The notes under the pieces are model-generated. The model was not told the origin of the DNA. It ran no database searches and saw only the letters and a program-made list of their open reading frames with translations. A stretch of 42,681 bases of DNA from a virus (lineage: Duplodnaviria; Caudoviricetes), in the IMG/VR virus record IMGVR_UViG_3300036779_000092, positions 1-42,681 of that record. One strand, 5' to 3'. Below are positions 37,151 through 42,681 of the stretch, piece by piece (position 1 is the stretch's first letter; every line of letters begins with the position of its first letter). Both the position numbers and the translations under genes were made by a program.

Positions 37151-37815
37151 AGAGACAACTCCTTTTCGGGGAAGAGAAAAGTAAACAACTGCGTGAATTC
37201 CTGGCGCGCCTTGAGCCCGCTGCTATCGCGATACTCAAGCACGCTGTAACCTTCCGCGGCCGCATCGGGAAACGCTTTGCGCCGGCCGATGCGACAGGGC
37301 GCCACTTCCAGCCCGGCCAGATCCCCCAGCGCGGCCAGGGCTTCATCGTTGTCGCGGCCGGCGGGATCCGCGCCATTCAAAACCGCGATCGCGCGCAGAT
37401 CCGCGTTGATTTCGCGCGCCTCTTGAATGAGATTCGCGGTCTGGTCGACGCCCCATAAATCGAAGGACCGCGGCGCCGCCGGTACCAGGACCAGGTTTGA
37501 GATGGTCAGCGCGGCCCGGAGAGAGCCCGAGTCGCGGCCGCCCACGTCGACAATGATGTGAGGATAGACGCGCCCGAGCTGGCGCCCCTGCGTGCGAATG
37601 GCGGCCCCGTGCAGCGCCACCGCGGTATAACCAGGCCCGGCCGGCGCCAGGCGCTTGGAGCGCAGCTCCGTGAAGGCCAGAGCTGTACCTTGCTCGTCAC
37701 CATCGATCAAAAGCACATTCGAATCGTGCCCCGACATAGACAAGGCGATCGCGAGATTGACGGCGAGGGTTGTTTTGCCCACGCCCCCTTTGGAATTTCC
37801 TACCGTGCAGATCAT
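37147..37815 (-). CDS. parA: Partition ATPase ParA (short, type Ib/ParF-like)
   Basis: KGGVGKTT, LIDGDEQG, IIVDVGG; no N-terminal HTH; start at ATG 37815. Confidence 0.93.
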   Translation of the reverse strand: MICTVGNSKGGVGKTTLAVNLAIALSMSGHDSNVLLIDGDEQGTALAFTELRSKRLAPAGPGYTAVALHGAAIRTQGRQLGRVYPHIIVDVGGRDSGSLRAALTISNLVLVPAAPRSFDLWGVDQTANLIQEAREINADLRAIAVLNGADPAGRDNDEALAALGDLAGLEVAPCRIGRRKAFPDAAAEGYSVLEYRDSSGLKARQEFTQLFTFLFPEKELSL

Positions 37816-37819
37816 AAAA

Positions 37820-37879
37820 CTAGAGTAGCGCATAGGTAAGACCTATGCGCCACCTAGGTTATATCAAGTGTGGTTCAGG
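37820..37879 (-). promoter_or_regulatory. parA promoter/operator, direct repeat copy 1
   Basis: Palindrome GCGCATAGGT-aag-ACCTATGCGC 37828-37850; -10 TACTCT 6 nt before the ATG (leaderless). Confidence 0.8.
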
Positions 37880-38096
37880 GTTTCCAGAGCACCAGGACGA
37901 CGATTGCGCTCAAGGCCCCAACAACCCACAGCGCGGCGGTAAGCCAGGTGCGCGCGGCGCCGCGGCCGAAGACGATGCCGGCGCCGATCGCGACGACAAC
38001 GATCAGCGCCGTTAATCCGTAGGTGGGATGTCCGCGGAGCAACAGAGTGGCCGATAACAGAGCGAACAAGCCGGCCAGCAATATCATCGGTTTCAT
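37875..38096 (-). CDS. Small multi-TM membrane protein (candidate immunity protein)
   Basis: 73 aa with three hydrophobic helices; directly downstream of the Tat protein. Confidence 0.7.
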   Translation of the reverse strand: MKPMILLAGLFALLSATLLLRGHPTYGLTALIVVVAIGAGIVFGRGAARTWLTAALWVVGALSAIVVLVLWKP

Positions 38097-38104
38097 GGCT
38101 TACC

Positions 38105-38809
38105 TCACAGACAGGCTACTTGGGTGATGACCGAGAAGATGAACCAGATCACCCCCAGGATGGTGATGATCCCGCAAATCTCGATGAAAAAGGGATTGTC
38201 CGGAAGGCATCCTAGGCCCAACTCGCCTATGGCCAGAGCCAGCCAAGCCTGGTAAAAATTTAACTCCGTGCAGAACGTTGGGTCTGGCCCCGGGTCGCCA
38301 AACCAAAAATCCTCCGGCCTGGCTTTGAGGATCGAGTAAGCCCCATTCAACGCCGGCGTGCCCCCATTGGCCAGAATCTGCTGGTGGAGCGTACCAATCT
38401 GACTCACGGGAAGCGTGCGGACATAGGCGCTCTGGGCCATGGGCAGGGTGACGGCTGGGCTGTGGATGCGGGCTTGAACCTGGGCCAGCCAGGGCGGGTT
38501 TGTGGTGCTGATGGTGTAAGGGTTAATCGTGGCGGCCATCGCCCGCACGCTGTTATCGAAGGCGAAAGGTCCCATTTGCAGGTTGAAGGTGGCCAGGGTG
38601 GCCAGGAAACTTTGAATATCCGCCCAGGTGTAGGTGCGGGCGGCAAACTTGGGCGCCAGGGAAACGAACACATTCCCGCAGTTATTGACAATCTCTGGCG
38701 GAGTGGGCGGAGGCGGCCCGCCGATAATCAACGGCCGGGCTTGAGGGAAGGCGGCCGCGCCGGCGAGTAGAGGCGCGGAGGCTAGAAGCGAACGTCTCGT
38801 CATTGTCAT
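38105..38809 (-). CDS. Tat-exported protein with hydrophobic Cys-containing C-terminal hairpin (bacteriocin-precursor-like)
   Basis: TRRSLL Tat motif plus AAA cleavage site; C-terminal ~56 aa hydrophobic with 4 Cys. Confidence 0.7.
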   Translation of the reverse strand: MTMTRRSLLASAPLLAGAAAFPQARPLIIGGPPPPTPPEIVNNCGNVFVSLAPKFAARTYTWADIQSFLATLATFNLQMGPFAFDNSVRAMAATINPYTISTTNPPWLAQVQARIHSPAVTLPMAQSAYVRTLPVSQIGTLHQQILANGGTPALNGAYSILKARPEDFWFGDPGPDPTFCTELNFYQAWLALAIGELGLGCLPDNPFFIEICGIITILGVIWFIFSVITQVACL

Positions 38810-38813
38810 TCAG

Positions 38814-38874
38814 CTAGAGTAGCGCATAGGTAAGACCTATGCGCCACCAATGTTATATGCAAGTTTGGTTCAGG
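38814..38874 (-). promoter_or_regulatory. Direct repeat copy 2 of the parA promoter/operator
   Basis: 38814-38848 identical to 37820-37854 (35 bp), with similarity continuing ~25 bp; TACTCT 6 nt before the ATG. Confidence 0.85.
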
Positions 38875-39139
38875 TTCCCTTTCGGGATTTGTTGAGCGCG
38901 GCCGCGATCCGTTTGGCCATGGTTTTCGAGCAGGCGGTTGCAATATGATCTTTGCCGGCCATGACCGCGCTTTTGATGGCCACGAAAAGAGGTTCAGCAG
39001 GCTCCCCAGGTGAGCCAGGCGCCGCGGGCGCCGGTATAGGATCCGGCGCCGCAGTGGAGAAAAAGCCCTTTTGGTCAGGGCAAATATCGGAAATCATGCC
39101 GTGAGCGTCTTTATGGTACCCGCAGCGAGAGCAGTTCAT
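38870..39139 (-). CDS. Hypothetical protein with N-terminal zinc motif
   Basis: CSRCG.H..AH..C; ATGA overlap. Confidence 0.65.
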   Translation of the reverse strand: MNCSRCGYHKDAHGMISDICPDQKGFFSTAAPDPIPAPAAPGSPGEPAEPLFVAIKSAVMAGKDHIATACSKTMAKRIAAALNKSRKGT

Positions 39140-39780
39140 AGAGAATCCTCATCGGGCAAACTAGCCCAAGCTACGCGCCGGACAATTCTGCCAATTGCAG
39201 GTTGGTTTACGCCGAATCGAGCAGCTATTTGCTGCTGTGAATATTCACCGGACGAATAGAGCCGCCGGATTTCTACAACTTCGTGTGACTTAAGTTTGGC
39301 ATTCGGATTGTATTCGCCTGGCTTGCTACATTTTGGCCGGCAAGATCCTGTCATGACTGCAATCAAGCGAGCTTTTGTTTCGGCACTCATTTTTTGCCCG
39401 GTCCTCGATTGGCTGATTTTGTCGCGCCATTCCTGCGTAATCGTCCGTTCTGCTAGTTTTCGGCGCGTCGATTCTCCCATCGGGGCCCGCCGCGCCCGCC
39501 CACCTCCGTCGATGTTGTAACCATGAGGGAAAAGCGTACGCCGTTCTTTGATAAATCGTTTTTCCATCCGGTCTGCATCGCGTATTGATTTGCAGCGCGC
39601 TAACTCGGTGACTTCAAAGGAATCGCGGCCATATTTGCATATCGCTTCCGAAAGCGGGCAACCGTCAGTTTTCTTCGTATGACAGGCATGCTGTTGGAAC
39701 CGAACGCGGAGAGAATTGCCAGACTGGCCAACGTACTCCTTCCCGTTGGCCACGTTGCGAATCAAGTAAATTTTGATCAC
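39136..39780 (-). CDS. GIY-YIG homing endonuclease with NUMOD3-like repeats and C-terminal HTH
   Basis: IYLIRN..NGKEYVGQS, RF..H, KYG..F, E..FI, GYN; GTG 39780 after AGGAG. Confidence 0.9.
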   Translation of the reverse strand: MIKIYLIRNVANGKEYVGQSGNSLRVRFQQHACHTKKTDGCPLSEAICKYGRDSFEVTELARCKSIRDADRMEKRFIKERRTLFPHGYNIDGGGRARRAPMGESTRRKLAERTITQEWRDKISQSRTGQKMSAETKARLIAVMTGSCRPKCSKPGEYNPNAKLKSHEVVEIRRLYSSGEYSQQQIAARFGVNQPAIGRIVRRVAWASLPDEDSL

Positions 39781-39787
39781 CGTTGTA

Positions 39788-39823
39788 TTTTCTCCTGGCC
39801 GGATTACGCGCCGGCCCGCGGTT
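39788..39823 (-). repeat. Intergenic element B, copy 1
   Basis: Minus strand AACCGCG-GGCCGG-cgcgtaat-CCGGCC-AGGAGAAAA. Confidence 0.8.
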
Positions 39824-39881
39824 AGAGAAAGAGAGACAGCAGCCAGAACAGCAGAGCCCAGAACAGTGAACGCATTTTCAT
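39822..39881 (-). CDS. 19-aa hydrophobic peptide MKMRSLFWALLFWLLSLFL
   Basis: ATGA-coupled to the upstream gene; fills the gap exactly; not in the ORF track. Confidence 0.5.
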   Translation of the reverse strand: MKMRSLFWALLFWLLSLFL

Positions 39882-40231
39882 GCCGCATCATCCTCGAATA
39901 GAGACAGCGAAGGAATGAAGCCGGCGCCGTGATTCTTTCCCCCACAGCGACACTCGCAGTTAGGCCCTCGCGCGGACATGCAGAGCGCATTGCACGCGTG
40001 CCGGCTCGGTTTGGCGGAGTAGTGGATCCGGCGGCCGGAAGGATGGATCAGCGCGCAATTCGCGCAGGATCCGAAAGCGAAAAGCCGGCCCTCGCGCGTT
40101 AGCTTTTCACCAGGCGCCACCGGCCGGCCGATGATGCGCTCGAAGTCGCGCGTATCAGCCCACTGGACGCGCGCCAGCTCTACAATTCCGCCGGCGCCGC
40201 ATTCGGCAAAATGCCTGATTAGATCCTTCAT
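39878..40231 (-). CDS. Cys-rich phage protein
   Basis: CNALCMSARGPNCECRCGGKNHG motif. Confidence 0.75.
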   Translation of the reverse strand: MKDLIRHFAECGAGGIVELARVQWADTRDFERIIGRPVAPGEKLTREGRLFAFGSCANCALIHPSGRRIHYSAKPSRHACNALCMSARGPNCECRCGGKNHGAGFIPSLSLFEDDAA

Positions 40232-40365
40232 AGTGTGCCCTCTGCAATCGCGAGAGCAACACGCAGAACAGCGATCAGCATTCGCCGCGGCCAGCTCCGG
40301 CGCCGCATCGAACGATTGCGACCAGGTTTGAGAATGGTTGAAAAAACGTAGGATGGGACTTTCAT
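40228..40365 (-). CDS. 45-aa hypothetical peptide
   Basis: GAGGTGA RBS; MKVPSYVF...LAIAEGTL; ATGA overlap with the next gene; not in the ORF track. Confidence 0.6.
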   Translation of the reverse strand: MKVPSYVFSTILKPGRNRSMRRRSWPRRMLIAVLRVALAIAEGTL

Positions 40366-40379
40366 TTGCTCACCTCGAC

Positions 40380-40405
40380 AGTGGAACGGGACCATGCCCG
40401 CGGTT
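40380..40405 (-). repeat. Intergenic element A, copy 1
   Basis: Minus strand AACCGCGGGCATGGTCCCGTTCCACT, then RBS. Confidence 0.85.
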
Positions 40406-40411
40406 TAAAGG

Positions 40412-40699
40412 TTAGAACAGCGACAATTGAGCCAGGCGCCGCGCGGCCGCCCATGGATCCTCTGCAGGCGCCGCCGGCCGCGGCTCAACTACCGGCGCCG
40501 GCCGCGGCTCAATCACTGGCGCCAGCTCCGCCGGCCGCGGTTCGCGCGAACACATCTCGCAACTTTCGACTCTTTGCGGCCGGCTGCATTTTTGCTTGTA
40601 GCAATATACGGCGCCTTGACGGCGAGTATTCCAGCAATTCTCGCAGCGGTGCGAATGCCGCGGCCGCGGGAATGGTCCGGCATACGGTTCATTACGCAT
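40412..40699 (-). CDS. Zinc-binding hypothetical protein with Pro-rich repeats
   Basis: H.H.CENC..C...C..CEMC; 24-bp EPRPAP repeats; QLSLF C-terminus. Confidence 0.65.
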   Translation of the reverse strand: MRNEPYAGPFPRPRHSHRCENCWNTRRQGAVYCYKQKCSRPQRVESCEMCSREPRPAELAPVIEPRPAPVVEPRPAAPAEDPWAAARRLAQLSLF

Positions 40700-40958
40700 G
40701 AGAGCCCACCAGCGCGCGATTGATTGTCGCAATGATACCCGCATCTTCGCCGTTTTCGGGAATGATGGGAAGATCCGGCGCCGCGGATTCCGCGGGCGGT
40801 GCCAGGAGTGCTTTTATCTGCTTGTCAAGATGGGTTACAGCATGGTCTGAGATGCGCCAGATGGCAGTTGAGCCCGCGGCCAGGTTGCCGGCCATCCGCG
40901 CGGCCGAAATGATGCGGATAGCTTCGTCTAACGATTGAATCAAGATCAAATTGTCCAT
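40692..40958 (-). CDS. Hypothetical protein
   Basis: GGAG RBS before ATG 40958. Confidence 0.6.
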   Translation of the reverse strand: MDNLILIQSLDEAIRIISAARMAGNLAAGSTAIWRISDHAVTHLDKQIKALLAPPAESAAPDLPIIPENGEDAGIIATINRALVGSHA

Positions 40959-40963
40959 TGCGG

Positions 40964-41004
40964 TTTTCTCCATGGCCGGATTCACGCGCCGGCCGCGCGC
41001 GGTT
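40964..41004 (-). repeat. Intergenic element B, copy 2
   Basis: Minus strand AACCGCGcgcGGCCGG-cgcgtgaat-CCGGCC-ATGGAGAAAA. Confidence 0.8.
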
Positions 41005-41008
41005 GAAT

Positions 41009-41848
41009 TTACTTCGCGTCTTCGATTGCAGCCAGGATCACCGCCGCGGCCGATTGGATGTGTTGGAGAGATTCAGTCAAGGTATCGACATCACCGTTGT
41101 AAAGCTGAATGTAGTCAGACGCAGAATTCCCGCAATCCAAACCGGATGCAGTTGAAACGATGAAAGCAACCGCTTCCGCTTCAGTTTCGCGAATGGTTTT
41201 CGTGGTTTCCTGGCGCCGCTCACCGCGATGCAGCAGAGCATGTGCGTACTCATGCACCAACGTAGAAAATTCTTGCGCCGCCGGTTGCCCTGGCAGCAAT
41301 TGGATTCCAGATGCAGAGCACATCCCAAGGGCGGGAGAAATTCCAGCATCATAGGAAACCGTTGTTCCGCTTGCTTGGATATGAGCGATTAACTTTTGAA
41401 TGAGTGAGCCAGGATCACCGGAAACCGTCAGAGAAAATTCTTTGAGTGGTTCGCCGTCAGTTTGGGAAATATCGAAAACATAGACAACGCGGAAACCGAT
41501 TAGCCGCGGTCCTGGCTTGCTTTCGTTTTCGCTTTTATCCTTGACCATCATCGGCGCAAGGATGGCAATTCCCTTTTCGCCCTTGCGTACATAACGGTTG
41601 AATTCGTTCCACTTGCGAAAGCCACACACGTGTGTAGCATTCGGCTTTTGAGTAGCAATCAGGAGCTGATTACCGAACGAATAAGAGTGGAAGCGCGCCA
41701 TGGTCGCAAGATATTGCGTCAAGGATTCCGTTTTGCCGGCCTGCAGGAGTGCGGCCAGTTTTTCGGTTGATTCACGGATACTTTGCTGCAGTTTCGAACG
41801 GGTGGGGTTCTCTGCAGTTTGCGGAATAAAGTTGGATGCTGTAGCCAT
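41009..41848 (-). CDS. ArdC-like antirestriction protein (ssDNA-binding plus zincin-like domain)
   Basis: FHSYSFGNQLLI, GFRKW..R.VRKGEKGI.ILAP, VFDISQTDG, HEYAH, ETEAEAVAF. Confidence 0.88.
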   Translation of the reverse strand: MATASNFIPQTAENPTRSKLQQSIRESTEKLAALLQAGKTESLTQYLATMARFHSYSFGNQLLIATQKPNATHVCGFRKWNEFNRYVRKGEKGIAILAPMMVKDKSENESKPGPRLIGFRVVYVFDISQTDGEPLKEFSLTVSGDPGSLIQKLIAHIQASGTTVSYDAGISPALGMCSASGIQLLPGQPAAQEFSTLVHEYAHALLHRGERRQETTKTIRETEAEAVAFIVSTASGLDCGNSASDYIQLYNGDVDTLTESLQHIQSAAAVILAAIEDAK

Positions 41849-41868
41849 TTTTGTTCACTCTCCTTGTG

Positions 41869-41895
41869 AGTGGAACGGGACCATTGCCCGCGGTT
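41869..41895 (-). repeat. Intergenic element A, copy 2
   Basis: Minus strand AACCGCGGGCAATGGTCCCGTTCCACT, then AGGAG. Confidence 0.85.
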
Positions 41896-41908
41896 ATAGG
41901 TTGAAAAA

Positions 41909-42580
41909 CTAGGCAACCATCATAAGCTCTAATTCGAGCTTCATAAGGGATTCACGAACGTTGTTATTACTTTCCTTGACGATGCGCGCGAAGTTTGGCG
42001 CCGCGGCGCCGGCCGGCGCATTCTCTTGCCAGATGCGCGCCAGGAGCGCGGCCGCATCTTGCGCGATTCCATAACTCGAAAATTCGATAACTTTATTGCG
42101 AGATAGAAAACGTCCCTCAAAGCGATCTATAGAATTGCAAGTAAAAATCCAAATTGTGTTTGGTAGTTTCGCCGTGCCATCTAGTTTCGACAAGCAGTAG
42201 AGCTGCGCGGCCGCGGTCATTTGATCCGCTTCGTCCACTAAAATCATATGCATTTTTTTCCCTGCCATCGGGACATACTGGCAGATGCGCGCGATGCGCT
42301 CTAAGGTGGGAAGATTGCATTCTTGAGACGGGATGTGATGAACCTCTGCAGGTATCAACTCCGCCAGAGCGGCGGCCATGGTTGTTTTGCCCGTGCCAGA
42401 TGGTCCGACAAATACCCAACCGGATTCAAATGGACGCGCGGCCAAACTCGCGCAAATGGCTTTTGGTTTGGCCAGTCCAACGAATTCCGCCATGGTCCGC
42501 GGCCGGTATTTTTCTGTCAGTGATTGAGGGAAGGATAGAGCGGATTGCTCAGTTGAGGAATTGCCGAAAAGATCGAACAT
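41909..42580 (-). CDS. Clamp-loader clade AAA+ ATPase (DnaX/RFC/RarA-like, ATPase and lid only)
   Basis: EKYRP...FVG, GPSGTGKTT, LVDEAD, FTCN, LSR, NVRESL. Confidence 0.85.
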   Translation of the reverse strand: MFDLFGNSSTEQSALSFPQSLTEKYRPRTMAEFVGLAKPKAICASLAARPFESGWVFVGPSGTGKTTMAAALAELIPAEVHHIPSQECNLPTLERIARICQYVPMAGKKMHMILVDEADQMTAAAQLYCLSKLDGTAKLPNTIWIFTCNSIDRFEGRFLSRNKVIEFSSYGIAQDAAALLARIWQENAPAGAAAPNFARIVKESNNNVRESLMKLELELMMVA

Positions 42581-42635
42581 TGGATGTGCTCACCTTTCTG
42601 AAGTGGAACGGAAGTAAAATCCGCCTTGCAGTTCT

Positions 42636-42666
42636 ATAAATAGCCGATGTCCTGAATCGATGTCAA
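42636..42666 (-). promoter_or_regulatory. Probable early promoter
   Basis: Minus strand TTGACA with AT-rich UP region and a TATTT -10-like box 18 bp downstream. Confidence 0.5.
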
Positions 42667-42681
42667 TAATTATTTTGCAAT

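Larger units (their letters stand above)
1..42681. mobile_element. Podovirus-type temperate phage genome, probable phage-plasmid
   Basis: Complete head/short-tail module, replication genes and parA+RHH; no integrase seen; no host genes; both ends are AT-rich intergenic DNA. Confidence 0.85.

Noticed and set aside
37842-37869. dif-like Xer site (TTATATCAAGT resembles a XerD arm)
   Set aside because: No matching XerC arm at 6-bp spacing, and the second repeat copy has an insertion in this arm
39781-39990. Hydrophobic N-terminal extension of the GIY-YIG ORF
   Set aside because: Overlaps upstream genes; the RBS supports GTG 39780
1-42681. tRNA/rRNA genes
   Set aside because: No cloverleaf or rRNA-like sequence seen in the short intergenic gaps

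Overview
The window looks like a complete or nearly complete ~42.7 kb GC-rich temperate podovirus-type phage genome with AT-rich ends, probably circular. An Acidobacteriota-like host is only an impression from the gene styles. Plus strand 3.9-32.4 kb is the virion operon: terminase, portal, scaffold, N4-gp56-like capsid, adaptors, nozzle, three ejection proteins, GroES, tail fibre and a holin-like gene. 32.6-36.4 kb holds an SMC-like ATPase, a DnaC-like loader, an XRE regulator and an HTH initiator. The minus strand 36.4-42.6 kb carries parA plus an RHH partner, a Tat-exported bacteriocin-like cassette, GIY-YIG, ArdC-like and AAA+ genes; 0.16-1.7 kb encodes a DUF1376-type initiator with internal iterons. 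No integrase is visible. ParA/RHH, four dispersed ACCTATGCG clusters and two initiators point to a phage-plasmid. The most unusual features are: (1) TerL has intact ATPase motifs but appears to have lost its nuclease carboxylates; (2) the only cell-wall hydrolase homologue lacks its catalytic Glu; (3) the capsid, a decoration protein and the tail fibre carry signal-peptide-like leaders; (4) a halocin-C8-like Tat cassette sits under a duplicated parA operator; (5) two alternating repeated leader elements occur in the early operon. All family calls come from motif recognition by eye; no searches were run.
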